Part shown: positions 50,472-63,890 of the stretch, in pieces | Position numbering within the stretch: the first letter of the stretch is position 1 | Layout of the letters: each line of letters starts with the position of its first letter | Assembly (NCBI GenBank): GCA_951406725.2 | Contig: OX597817.1 | Span: 162,378,001-162,442,000 of the forward strand | Reading direction: 5' to 3' | Source: Octopus vulgaris | Lineage: Eukaryota | DNA: 64,000 nucleotides | Notes under the pieces: generated by a model | What the model was told of the DNA's origin: nothing | The model's database searches: none | What the model saw: only the letters and a program-made list of their open reading frames with translations | Program-made: the position numbers and the translations under genes

Positions 50472-52144
50472 GGTAGGGTGAAATTCAAGTGAGAATTTTT
50501 CTCCATGGCAAACTGCAGTAAAAATGGCCTTTTTACAGGTCAAATATCTCCCAAATATATTTGAACTAATCTGAAAGCGTGTTCAAACAATCCTTCACAT
50601 GCAAACCAAGTACAATCTCTATAATAATCTGCTTGTTTGTTTACCTATTACACATTAGAGAGGTGGAGGTGGAGTGAGTGAGAGGTGGAGTTAGAGTGAA
50701 AGAAAGAGAGAGGGAGGAATGAAGAAAGAAGAGAGGAAGAGACAGAGAAAGGATATTAATATTAATACACTTAGGCCAAATGGTCACATGGTCAGCTGAA
50801 GGTAGAGGCAAAGAACAAGAGAAAAAAGGGGAGAGAGGAGTATTAACAATGTGCAGTGGGGTGGGAAAGGAATACTTATTATGTGGTAAAAAGTTAGCTG
50901 AAGGGAAAAGTAGATAGAGGGAGATGGACAGGGAAGGTAGTTATACACAGAGAGAGGGAGAGAGAGAATGTGGGGAGAGACAGAGAGAAAGAGAGAGAAA
51001 CAGATGGTGGTGGTGGTGGTGGTGGTGGAGTGTTCATACTGGAAAGTATTTTTTGTTACTGAACTAATTTTTTACAGCAACCATCATCTATGCATAAGTG
51101 CAATTATTTTATTGTCTGCTCGCTTAAAAAAATTGATATTTGTTTATAAAGGTTAATTTAGTCTAAATTCTGGATTCACAAGAAATATGGTTGCAAGCTG
51201 CCCAAGAAAGGATGCACAGATACAGAGCATGGATCAGAGAGGAACAGTGAGAAGATATAATAAAAAGAGGGAAAAAAACAAAACTGACGGAAACATGAGG
51301 AAATGAATATAACCAAACGTCAAGAATATTTTTAAAAAAAGCTAAATTATGAATGCTATAAAAAATGTAAATCATTCTTTCTTTGCATAAGTGCAATTAT
51401 TTGTCATCTGATCACTTAAAAAATTGATATTTGTTTATAGAAAGTCATCAGGTCATCAGTGCCTAATAAATAGACTTGCTAAATAAACATTAGCACAACC
51501 TTTCTTTCTTTCACACAACTGCAATGTTCTTGAACCTTCTTAAACTACGATATTGCAACATTGCAAGAATGGACATTAAATCCTATAATCACATCAGACT
51601 CGAGTTCTCAGACTATGAGGTAAATCTGAAAAGGTTGTTAGTCCCCTTTCACTCAACAGCAGCACAAATAATAGAAGAAATACCCCCCAAAAAGAAAAAG
51701 TTAGGCATGAACACACAGATAAAAAAAACAGAACCATCTATGTATGGCTTTAGAAGCTGACTTTGCAACCATGTGGTTTTGGGTTCAGTTCCAAAGAGTG
51801 ACACTTTGAGCAAGTGTTTTCTCTTATTTCCTTTGGCTGACTGATGTCTTGTGAGTGAATCTGGAAGATGGAAACTGTGAGGAAGCCTGTTATGTGTGTC
51901 TTTGTGTTGTTTGTTCTCATGTCTCCATGGCAATTAGTGTTGGTTTAATTACGTTCCAATAACTTAGCAGTTTCGCAAAAGAGACTCATAGGATAAGTAG
52001 CAAACTTAAAACTTTTAACTACTAGGGGGCGATCTATTCAACTAAACCGTTCAAAGTGGTGCCCCAGCATGGCTACAGTCCAATAACTAAAACTAACAAA
52101 AGATAAAAAGATATGCTTTGAGCTGAGAGGGGTGTATAACTTAC

Positions 52145-52202
52145 CGGCGAGTATAGCTTCTACCAGAGGCTGGAATGACCACTGCACCACCAGGAAAAAC
52201 AG
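52145..52202 (-). CDS. ABCG exon (TM2): LFFLVVQWSFQPLVEAILA
   Basis: Acceptor tttacttctag, donor gtaagt; 58 nt, phase 0 to 1. Continues G-L-LFF in frame. Confidence 0.92.
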
Positions 52203-52232
52203 CTAGAAGTAAAGAAATAATTTATATTGATA

Positions 52233-53035
52233 CAGTAATCACTTGTCATCTATTGCATCCTCAGTACATTGTATATTTTTATGGGATCTTTTCGGTTTGA
52301 ATGGCAGTTTTTTCTAGCGGTATCATATGAAATTGTCACCCATAATTAGTATTGATCTATTGCATTTCAATATCTTTTAGGGTTAGGGGTGGGGGGAGGG
52401 TATCTTTTTTTCTTCACAAATATAAATAAACCCAATCTGTTTCTTAAACGAGGGACATATTCATACGGCACAGAATGTTTTACACCTCAATAGACGTCAC
52501 TGATTGGTTGAAATTGCAGAAACTAAAGAAAAAAAACAACAAATATCTTACAAACTATAGAATTTTCTCAATAAAGCCAAGAGAAAAAGATGTTTTATAA
52601 ACACATTCTACCAGTATACGAAGTTTTAAATTTTTAAGTTACCTAGAAATTATGTTAAAAACTGCAGTTCAAACCGAAAAGATCCTTTTTCTGGCTAGTA
52701 TATGTAAATTTATATCAAGTATATTCCAACGGTCAATAGGTATTTATATTCTTTTAATTATTTCTGTGGTGAAATAAAGAAAATATGTAATGTACTGTAA
52801 GATGAGTAAACAAAGAAGCGCACATACTGTATGGAAAACGAAACTTGGGAGGCCAGTTGTTGGTGTTGTTTTGCATTTGTGTGTAAAATTATGAATTTAT
52901 TTCAAGCCCTGTAGTGTCGCCCAAATGTTCTGCACCTTCTAAATATATACAGTACAGTACTGTTTCTACTTTGCGGATTATCACCTATTACAGGGGGTTC
53001 GGAACATAAGACCCATGATAGTTGAGGGATTACTG
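52233..53035. mobile_element. pogo/Tigger-like MITE carrying a nested Merlin-like MITE (52284-52686)
   Basis: TA-CAGTAATC ... GAGGGATTACTG-TA; internal similarity to 10647-10851; nested GGATCTTTTCGGTTTGAA ... TTCAAACCGAAAAGATCC. Confidence 0.8.
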
Positions 53036-53141
53036 TATATTAAATTTTGGCACAGGGCCAGCAATTCTGCGGGAGGAGGCAAGTCAATTACACTGACCCC
53101 AGTATTTAACTGGTACTTATTTTATCAACCTCTGAAAGAAT

Positions 53142-56100
53142 TGTAGCAGAGTTACATATTACATAGTTATATGTGAGTCGGCTTGAACAGCAGACGAATA
53201 TATCGATGAGGTGTCTAATCTCACTTTGATACAGTAGCCTTGTTCTGAGTCACTAACCTTGTTGTAAACTACACTGTAGAAAAGACCTCAGTTCCTACCA
53301 GGCTTTGGTCAAAGACACATGCCTTCTCTGCAGCTCCACATGCAATCTCCCATGTGCGACTCACATGTCTATTCACCTTGACACAAGATACATGGTTCGT
53401 AAACAAAGATATTTTATCACACACACACATTCTCAAAATGACTTCTCATTACACACATGCATACATACTGTAATACAAATATTATATGTTACTTCTTTCA
53501 GTGCAAAAGCAAAAATCAAAACTTTCTTTGTATGTAAACACACACGTTTTTGTATCATAATACATGCTTCCACCACAAAAGGTGAACACAGAATAAACAA
53601 TAGATTTATACACAAAAATGTCATATGGTGATTCATACTAACTGCATTTCCATTTAATAACATGCACTTGAACAGCTAACGACAGCTGCTATAAAATGGT
53701 GACCTTGATATAAAAAAAATATATACGTATATAGTGGTTAGTTGGCTACCTTATTCAAAGAAAAATACATGTTACTAAATCATTTACAAACACACTGCAC
53801 TTACACCAACACATTTTCATATATGAACAATTTGTTGCTAGGATGTCGGCACCCAAAAAATAATTCACTTTTGTTCTTAATGTTTCTTTTGGAAATAGCC
53901 AAATGTTCTTTTTATCTCTTGCCCATGTGAATTGATACACCATGCAGCTCATCGCAATTTTTTCTTTCTTCACAAACTTTGACGCTATTTCTCGAGTTAC
54001 ACATGCGTGTTAATTTTAAATGCCCCATGTGGACACAAGACAGCTGCCTGAGCTATCTGTTACATCTAACAGCACAGTCACATGCCATTTTACAAACTTT
54101 TCCCCAGTAAGTGTGGTTTGTACAGATCAAATCAACATTTGCCGCGAACAATATTGCCTCCAAAGCCCAACAGCTCCATATATTACTTCGCATAATACCA
54201 CTGTCCCTGACAGCCACTGTGAGGGACCTGATAACTAAACCTCCACATGATACCATGTATAGGAGATTCTTCAACACATGTCCTTGTCAGAAGAAAGAAA
54301 TTTTCAATCCCTCGTCAATGAGGAGAGCACTTGAGCAACCATAAACTTTCACAACTTCTGTGCTGCATGAAGGAATTGGCCCCAAATGCACTTGCTGATA
54401 GTGCTTTATTGAAACAACTATTTTTTTTCCCAGTTGCCCTCTAACATCCAACCCATCCTTGCTTCCATTGTGGAGATGACTCCTGTCAAGCAAAGAGCCC
54501 CCAACGCTGACAGAATCATAGAGTATACCAGCAACACCACCAAGCTGACCCCAGTACCACCGGATACCTCTGCACACCCACCAGTAGCGTCAGTTACCCC
54601 TGATAATGACCTTGCCGTGGCTGCTATCCTAAAGGTGATAACTGAATTAACGAGAGAAGTGCAGTTCCTTCGCACTTCCAGGTGATGTTCACCCAGATAG
54701 AATTCTTTCGATTGCTTCTTTTCTTCTCGCCGTCGCTCATCCCCTGCTCATTCATCCATAAGCTGGTGCCATGCCAAGTTTGGAGTTTCAGCATGTAAAT
54801 GTACCCAACCCTGTACTTTTTCTCAACAGAAAAACAACCAACCAGAGAACTAAGCATAGCACATTCTTTGCAGCAGCCAATGGCCAACCATGCATTTTTC
54901 ATAACAGACCAGATATCCCACTCCCGCTGCCTTGTAGATACAGGTGCTGCCTGCAGTATCTTGCAGTTAAAACTCCTCGCAGATAAACTGCTGTTATCAC
55001 CAGTGACTCTACAGGCAGTGAACCATTCACCAATTCCAACTTTCAGCCAAGACATTGATTCTTGGACCCATGTGTTTCTATGAAATGGCACTATGAAAAC
55101 CCCTCTCACACCTCCATATACAGGACCCTATCGCATCCTGTTGCACAAAGGCAAACTATATACCACAGGCATTGATGGTAAAAAGGAAACTGTCTCAATA
55201 GACATGCTTAAGCGGGCATACACAGAGAGTGATACAACACCACCTCATGCACCTCCCTCATTCACAGTACGATATAAAACAAATGCTACTCCACTGCAAC
55301 CACCACCACCAACATCACACACACCAACCCCTCTTCCATCTACATACATCACTATGGCTCATAGTGGTTGCCGTGTACATTGGCCCACCAAGCTGTCTAA
55401 AACTATACACATCTGAACTATAATGAACTATTTGTGAACTTACCAAAGACTTTTCATCACATATCACCAACAACACAGTTTTGTTCTTCACAATATTCCT
55501 TTGAACTTTACCTAACCAACTAGAACATTTTGCTTATTTCTTTGTGTTCATATTCTGTTTACCCTTACCATGCTTTGCCTTTTCATTTCAGCTTCTCATT
55601 TTTTGCTGTATTGCATCTTTCTGATTGTATTCCATGTTCTTACCTGCTTTTTGCACTTCATATTTACATACGCCGTCTCTACATTTTTATGACTTTTTCA
55701 AGTCTAGCAGGAGGCTATGTAGCAGAGCTACATATTACATAGTAATAAAATGTGAGTCGAGCTGCACAGCAGTCAAATATATCGATGAGATGTCTAACTT
55801 CACTTTGATACAGTAGCCTCGTTCTGAGATACTAGCCTCATTCTGAGTAACACTGTAAAAACGGCCCCAGTTCCTGCCAGGCTTTGGTCAAAGACACATA
55901 TCTTTTCTGCAGCTCCACGTGCAATCTCCCTCATGCAACTCACATGTCTATTCACCTCGACACAATACATATGGTTTGTAAAGGAAGATATTTTATCAAA
56001 CACACATTCTCAAACTAACTGTTCTCATTACACACATGCATACATACTGTAATACAAATATTATATGTTACTTTTTTCAGTGCAAAAGCAAAAATCAAAA

Positions 56101-56272
56101 CTTTCTTTGTATGTAAACACACATGTTTTTGTATCATACTACATGCTTCCACCACAAAAAGTGAACACAGAATAAACAATATATTCGTACATAAAAATGT
56201 CTTATGGTGATTCATATTAACTGCTTTTCCATTTAATAACACACAATTGAACAGCCAACGACAGCTGCTATA
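53142..56272 (+). mobile_element. Internally deleted Ty3/Gypsy LTR retrotransposon
   Basis: LTRs 53142-53693 and 55718-56272 (TGTAGCAG...CTGCTATA); TSD GAAT; PBS TGGTGACC at 53697; gag remnants (WFVQIKSTF..VRDLITKPP; WCHAKFGVSACKCTQPC), protease LVDTGAACSI, integrase tail PPYTGPYRIL..VSIDMLKRAY. Confidence 0.93.
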
Positions 56273-56797
56273 GAATGAAAGGCAAAATTGACCTGAGCAG
56301 AATTTGAACTCAGAACACAAAGTCAGACGAAATGCTGCTAAGCATTTTATCTGGTGTGCTAACGATTCTGCCAGCTTGCTGCCTTACTTGATATTACAGG
56401 GAATTTCATACATACATATACAAGTGGAATAAGATTTGAAAGCTATATATATAAGAAAAGACAAACAGACAGAGACAGATAAGTAGATAGATAGACAAAC
56501 AGATAGACAGATAGGCCTATGGATAGGTAGACAAAGGTAAGGTAAAGTATATGACTAGAGAGACATGTAGACTGAGGGAAGGTAATATATATATATAAAC
56601 AGACAGATCAGTATTTAAAATGGTTAGCTTGATAGACAACAAAGACAGCTAACTATAAAGATAGATAGATACTGCGCAACTACTACCAAAACATTTATTA
56701 TCAACATCTCTTATGTTTAAAAAATAAATGAAGAATGCAATTGCTGGAAACTGATTACAAAAAAAAAAAAGGTGTCAGTTCTGACCCCATTTCATAC

Positions 56798-57039
56798 CAA
56801 TCCTTTAACATCTCTGATTCTGTCTTCTGTCCTTTCAGTTTGAAAATATAATAGACCAATAGCTATCCCTAAAGAAATTGTCCGAAATATTTCAAATTTT
56901 GAAACAATTCTGGTTTTTGATTGTTTGAAATTTCTCCATGCTAGCCAGCGGAACTGTGTCCAAAATGACGTTGGCCATTTTTCTGTGTCTTCTTCCTGTG
57001 TTGAAATTAAAAGCGTTACTTCTCCATTAGGGCTGGGAC
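56798..57039 (-). CDS. ABCG exon, start of ABC2 membrane domain: GPSPNG...KWPTSFWTQFRWLAWRNFKQ...GLLYFQ...IRDVKGL
   Basis: Acceptor ctattttag, donor gtatga; 242 nt, phase 1 to 0. Contains the S-FWxQF-x-L-x-RNF motif and TM1 of ABCG. Confidence 0.93.
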
Positions 57040-59897
57040 CTAAAATAGACCACATAAAAATAAGAGGTGAGAATTGTTATTATAACATGCGTCTATGTGT
57101 TTTTAATATAGATCTGTATTAAAATCATGGCAAAACAGATAGTATCATCATCATCATCATCATCGTCGTTTAACGTCCGTTCTCCATGCTAGCATGGGTT
57201 GGACGGTTCGACCGGGGATCTGGGAAGCCAGAAGGCTGCACCAGGCTCCAGTCTTATCTGGCAGTGTTTCTACAGCTGGATGCCCTTCCTAACGCCAACC
57301 ACTCCGTGAGTGTAGTGGGTGCTTTTTACGTGCCACCTGCACAGGTGCCAGGCGAGGCTGGCAATGGCCACGGTCGGATTGGTGTATTTTATGTGCCACC
57401 GGCACAGAAGCCAGATGAGGCGGTGCTGGCATATTCACTCAAGCAAAAACTAGGTTGCTTTGTCTAGAACTTCACAAACTAAAATCAATTTTATGACTAA
57501 TATATAAAAATTGTGTGGAAGAGATTTCATTATTATAACAACCAGTTGCTATTATAAATGTCAAGTCATGCAAATACATATTGCAGGTGGATGTAACTTT
57601 CTTGAATAAATTTTGTTACTTTTCAAAGAAATGAAAACTATAGCAGAAATAGTTGTATGTTTGGTCTTCTGAGCTTGCAGACTGGTTACAAACATGTCTG
57701 AGAAATAAAAAGAGGCTACTGCGGTACAATGAAGTGTAAGAGTCGGGGAGAAGAGGGAGATGTGTTTAACAAAGATAATTGAGAAATAGTGATTAGGAAG
57801 GGGTGATTGAAAATATGCTGTGCTTGAGAAGACCCGGCAAGTCAAGTGAGACCATAACCTTGTGGCCTATATGCCAGGGGTGTAACCAGCCCACTTATGC
57901 CTACCTTTCCTTCATTGGACACTAAACTCTGCTTGCGAAGACCTGTTGAGGCAAGTGAAATCGAAACCAAATTCAATGACAGGCATCTGTGCTAGTGGAG
58001 CACTAACAGCTCCATCCAAGCGGGATCACTGCCAGAGCAGCTAACTGGCTTCCATGCCGGTGGCATGTAAAAAGCACCATTCGAGCGTGGTCGTTACCAG
58101 CGTCGCCTTATTGGCACGTGAAAAAACATGCAAGTGAGGTCATTGCCTGTGCCACTGGACCGGCTCCTGTGCAAGTGGTACATAAAAAAGAACACCATTT
58201 GAGCATCGCCATTGCCAGTACCACCTAACTGGCTCTCGTGCCAGTGGCATGTAAAAGCACCCACTACACTCTCGGAGTGGTTGGCGTTAAGAAGGGCATC
58301 CAGCTGTAGAAACTCTGCCAGATCAGATTGGAGCCTGGTGCAGCCATCTGGTTCGCCAGTCCTCAGTCAAATTGTCCAACCCATGCTAGCATGGAAAGCA
58401 GACGTTAAATGATGATGATGATGATTACTAATATTTTTGTTTAAATTCACTGCTTTTGTTTCAAATGATTTTGAAAATAACAAAGAATTTAATAAGAACC
58501 AGGGACAGTCTTAGACAAGTTGGTATCAAAGAGATTAAAAGAGAAAGCTGTGGAAAAGTAAGGAAGCATACAAAAAGAGTGGGTGAAAGTGTGTGAGCTA
58601 GTGGCTACGGTGTTGCACTCACTGTCATGAGATTGTGGTTTCAATTCCTGGACCAGGTAGTGCATTGTGTTCTTGAGCAAAACACTTCATTTCACATTGC
58701 TGCAGTCCACTCAGCTGTAAATGAATTCCAATAATAGCTGGGAAGTTAACCTTGAGATGGACCAGCATCCATTTCAGAGAGAGAGAAGTTGTAATCTCAG
58801 TCATATGCCATGAGAACTGGGTTAAACCCTACCCTTATGAGTTTTAGGGTCCATGAAAAAGTGGAGATAAAAAGGTCAAGAAAAGAGAAAAAAAAACAAA
58901 AAAAACAATTTAATGCTTTTTTATTTTGTCTGTTTGATATGATTTGAACTCATGATAGAAACAGATGATAGGCACAGGTGTGGCTGTGTAGTAACTAGCT
59001 TGCTTTCCAACCACATGGTTCAGGGTTCAATCCCACTGTGTGGAATCTTGGGCAAGTGTCTTCTACTATAGCCTTGGGCTGTCCAAGGCCTTTTGAGTAG
59101 ATTTGTTAGACAGAAACTGACTAAAGCCCTCTGTAAAGGTATGTATGTATGCACACAGACACACACACATATTGTTATATTTCGGGATGGTAATTTGGTG
59201 GGGGGTGTAAACACATTTTTTTATGGGGATGTAAACACTTGACAACTGGTGTTGGTGTGTTTACATCCCCATAACTTAGAGGTTAAGCAAAAGAGACTGA
59301 CAGAATAAGTACTAGGCTTAAAAAATAAGTCCTGGGGTTGATTTGTAAAGTGGTGCTCCAGCATGACCACAGATTGAAACAAGTAAAAGAATAAAAGAAG
59401 AATAAAGCCACTCCTTTGAAGATGAGGGGAAAGGCTACCTCAACTGAAATCAAACCCGAGTATTTGGCTGGTGTTTCATTTCATTGTTGGAATGATGGAC
59501 AGTAAGTGAACAAAGTTATTAAGGTAAAGTTGACCCTGGCAGGATCTGAACCCAGAGTATAAAAAGATATAACTTGCCAGCGCTGCCCCGACTGGCCTCG
59601 TGCCGGTGGCACGTAAAAAGCACCATCCGTTCGTGTCCGTTGCCAGCCTTGCCTGGCCCCCGTGCCGGTGGCACATAAAAAGCACCATCCGTTCGTGGCC
59701 GTTTGCCAGCTCTGTCTGGCACCTGTGCAGGTGGCACGTAAAAAGCACTCACTACACTCACGGAGTGGTTGGCGTTAGGAAGGGCATCCAGCCGTAGAAA
59801 CACTGCCAGATCTGACTGGGCCTGATGAAGCCTTCCAGCTTCACAGACCCCAGTTGAACCGTCCAACCCGTGCTAGCATGGAAAGCGGACGCTAAAC

Positions 59898-59930
<33 letters not shown>

Positions 59931-60022
59931 ATACTGCTCAGAATTTTGTCACATGCTATACCAATTCTGATAATTTACAGTTGCACTTTATTCTGTTAGC
60001 ATAATGACTTAATTAAGCTTAC

Positions 60023-60069
60023 CTTCGTCATTCTCTGTGGCAATGCTATCTGAGTATAATGAGTTCTGG
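60023..60069 (-). CDS. ABCG linker exon: (N)QNSLYSDSIATENDE(G)
   Basis: Acceptor tctttctctttccag, donor gtaagc; 47 nt, phase 2 to 1, exactly what is needed to bridge the flanking exons. Confidence 0.8.
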
Positions 60070-60759
60070 CTGGAAAGAGAAAGATAATCATTGACACAAT
60101 ACTCTCACTGGCCACAAATATAATTCAAGGAGTTGGCAATGAAAACAAAAGTGAGATGGAATTAAAAGTTGATTAATGAAGAATTAGAGAAAAAAAAGTA
60201 AACTTCATTAAATATTTAAATGCCTGACATGAGATATTGAGAATACAATTATGATTTTTTTGTATTATTAGTCTCATCTTTAAAAATAAAAACAGTTTTA
60301 ATATCGCTGTTATATTTCAGGGTGGGGATTGTTTTCACCACAACTTTCTCTCACTCTTTCTTCCTACTTCTGCCACATAGCAGAGGAACCATGGTGTAAC
60401 CCACTATGGTGTCTCTGTACCCCAAGATGGTTCAGCTCTCCACCCATTAAAAGCCACCCTTTATGGAATGAGGATAACAACGTAGTTTTTGCGCCCGTGC
60501 AACCGCTAGTCTATTGCTTGTGGTGGGTGGATCTTCAAGATGCCACATGCATTCTGAGTAGCTTAGAGTAGGCTCAAATTAGAGATTATTCTTTGTGGCT
60601 AATGATGTGAGTCCTGACTGGAAGAAGAAGAAAGAGGAGGAGGAGGAGACAACAACAACAACAACCTTATAAGTGTGAGAGGAATTTGGAAAGCAACAGA
60701 CACTGCTCTTCTTCTTTAGATTAGAGAGAAAGCAAAAATAATAAAATGCTATGTAATTC

Positions 60760-61166
60760 TTAATTTTGGTTCAAAACCAGAAATTTTAGAGGGAGCGGTT
60801 AGTCAATTATGTTGACTCCAGTACTTGACTGGTACTTTATTTATTGACCCCAAAAAGATGAAAAGCAAAGATGACCTCAGAGTATGACATAACAGGCCAG
60901 AATGAATGGCTACCAAGCATTTTGTCTGATACACTAATGATTCTTATTTCTTTATTGCCCACAAGGGGCTAAACATAGAGGGGACAAACAAGGACAGACA
61001 AAGGGATTAAGTCGATTACATCGACCCTAGTGTGTAATTGGTACTTAATTTATCGATGAAAAGCAAAGTCAACCTTGGTGGAATTTGAACACAGAATGTA
61101 ACAACAGACGAAATACCGCTAAGCAGTTTGCCTGGTGTGCTAATGATTCTGCCAGCTCACCACTTA
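60760..61166 (-). mobile_element. Two adjacent family-C SINE copies
   Basis: A long-tail copy (60944-61166) abuts the head region of a short-tail copy (60760-60943). Confidence 0.7.
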
Positions 61167-61283
61167 AATAAATTGCTTCAAAATACCATTTAGTAATGAG
61201 TGTCTAAAAATAAATAATAGCTAAGAAACATCCATTTCTATTGTATCAGGGACCCAACAAACCAATGTAAACATGTTTCTTAC

Positions 61284-61347
61284 TTGGCTTCCTGAGCATA
61301 TTCTATTAATTTCATCACCTTCTGACTATGGCCCTGGACAGAATCCA
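61284..61347 (-). CDS. ABCG exon: (L)DSVQGHSQKVMKLIEYAQEA(N)
   Basis: Acceptor ttccctttcag, donor gtaaga; 64 nt, phase 1 to 2. Completes NPADFILD in frame with the previous exon. Confidence 0.88.
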
Positions 61348-63796
61348 CTGAAAGGGAACAGAAAAAAGAATTAATAAAATAAAATGAAATGAAATAAATA
61401 AGAAATGTATCAAACAATAAAAGTAAAAAATATTTCGTTTTTGGATTTGGTTTGCAAGATTCTTTATATGATTTCGTGTGTTGAAGCATTATTCTGTTGT
61501 GTCTGGGGAGAGTCATTTTCTTTTTGTGCCTTATTATGTAACACACTCACCGGTAAAATTTCCACTTTTTTCTTATCGTTATTGTCCTAAAATTTTCGTT
61601 GCATCTTGCAACCTTTTCAATAGGTTTTCAATAGTTTCAACAAAACTCTTTGCACATACATACAGACACTGACAAACAAGTACATATTTTTAAGGCATAA
61701 AGCCATAAATCAAAGTACCCTAGTTGATTTAATGACCCCTGTGCTCAATTGGTACTTATTTTATCGATCCTGAAAGGCAAAGGCAAAGATGACCTCAATA
61801 GAATTTGAACTCAGAACATAAACATAGAGGAAGTGCCACTAAGCATTTTGTCTAGCATACAAACAATTCTGCTAACACACCACCATCATCATCATCATCA
61901 TCATCATCGTTCAACGTCCGCTTTCCATGCTAGCATGGGCTGGACGATTTGACTGAGGACTGGCGAACCAGATGGCTGCACTAGGCTTCAATCTTGATCT
62001 AGCAGAGTTTCTACAGCTGGATGCCCTTCCTAACGCCAACCATGCTGAGAGTGTAGTGGGTGCTTTTTACGTGCCACTGGCACGGGGCCAGTCAGGCGGT
62101 ACTGGCAATGACCTCACTCGAATCTTTTTACACATGCCACCAGCACAGGTGCCAGTAAGGCGATGCTGGTAACAATCACGCTCGAATGGTGTCTTTTACA
62201 TTCCACTGGCATGGAGGCCAGATAGCCGCTCTGGCAACGATCACGCTCGGATGGTGCTCTTAACACCCTACTAGCACAGGGCTCGAGTGCCAGTAAGGCA
62301 ACGCTGGTAATGATCACACTCGAATGGTGCCTTTTAATAATAACTAAGGCAGTAAGCTGGTAGAATTGTTAGCAGACCAGGCAAAATGTTTAGTGGCAGT
62401 TCATTCATCTTTACTTTCTGAGTTCAAATTCTGCTGAGGTCAAATTTGCCTTTCATCCTTCCAGGGTCAGTAAAATATGTACCAGTTGATGCAATTGACT
62501 TGTCCCACTCCAAAAGTTGGTGGCTGTTTGCCAAAATTTGAAACCAATATTAACAACTAGATTCTCATTTTGGCACAAGGCCAGCAATTTTGAGCAGTGG
62601 CGATTAGTGAATACCATCAACCCCAGTACATGACTGGTACTTTATTTGACCTCAGCAGCATTTGAAGTCAGAACATAATAAGCAGAACCAAACACTGCAA
62701 AGCACTCTTTCTGACACTTTAACGAGTCTACCAGCTAAATGGCTTATAATTGTTACCAATAATTCTTTCTTTTATACATGCAAACCCTGAAGTATTTGGG
62801 GGTGAGGGCTAGTTGATTACATCAACCCTAACACCTACTTGGTACTTATTTTATTGACCCCAAAAAATTGAAAGACAAAGTCAACCTGGGCAGAATTTGA
62901 GCTCAGAATGTAAAGACAGATGAAATATCATTAAGCATTTCATCTGGCATGCTAACGATTCTGCCAGCACATCCACCTTATAATTATTATCATTAATAAT
63001 GCTTTCTACATTGGTATAAGACCAGACAATTTTAGCTTGGTTGATTAATTCACAAATGTTCTCTCTTGGGTTTATAATCTCAAAAGCAAAAATACTATCA
63101 TCATCATCATCATCGTTTAATGTCCGCTTTCCATGCTAGTATGGGTTGGACAATTTGGCTGAGGGCTGGCGAACCAGATGGCTGCACCAGGCTCCAATCT
63201 TGATCTGGTAGAGTTTCTACAGCTAGATGCCCTTCCTAATGCCAACCACTCCGAGAGTGTAGTGGGTGCTTTTTATGTGCCAATCAGGCGGTACTGGCAA
63301 TGACCTCCCTCAAATCTTTTACACATGCCACTGGCACAGGTGCCAGTAAGGTGATGCTGGTAATGATAACGCTCGAATGGTGTCTTTTACGTGCCACTGA
63401 CACAGAGGCCAGATAGCCACTCTGGCAATGATTATGCTTGGATGGTACTCTTAACACCCTACTAGCACAGGGCTTGAGTGCCAGTAAGGCAACGCTGGTA
63501 ATGATCACACTTGAATGGTGCCTTTTATGTGCCACTGGCATGGAAGCCGGTTAGCCACTCTGTCAACGATCACACTCGTATGGTGCTCTTTGCACCCTGC
63601 TAGCACGGACCTTATATAGAATTAATTTATATTCTTTATAGAATATTACACACTTTTCCTTGTAGTGATATTGGAAGTCTGGCAACTAGGTTTGGAAGAG
63701 GTTGTAAAATGGGGGCCTAGAGACATGCAAGTTATTCTGCAGTCACCCATCTCTCAATGTTAAAAAAAAGAAACAATAAGAAGAAATAAAGCTTAC

Positions 63797-63890
63797 AGAT
63801 GAAGTCAGCAGGGTTGTAGTGTTCAGCACAGTATAGACCATGTTCTGAAAAAACATCTAGAGTGTTCTTTGCATCTCCATGGTATACAAT
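63797..63890 (-). CDS. ABCG half-transporter, internal exon (end of nucleotide-binding domain): IVYHGDAKNTLDVFSEHGLYCAEHYNPADFI
   Basis: Acceptor ...ctcaatctag, donor gtaagc; 94 nt, phase 0 to 1. Encodes the Y-x-G and NPADF motifs typical of ABCG proteins. Upstream exons are outside the window. Confidence 0.93.

Noticed and set aside
60066-60067. Alternative AG acceptor 4 nt inside the 47-nt exon
   Set aside because: It would shift the reading frame; only the upstream AG fits.
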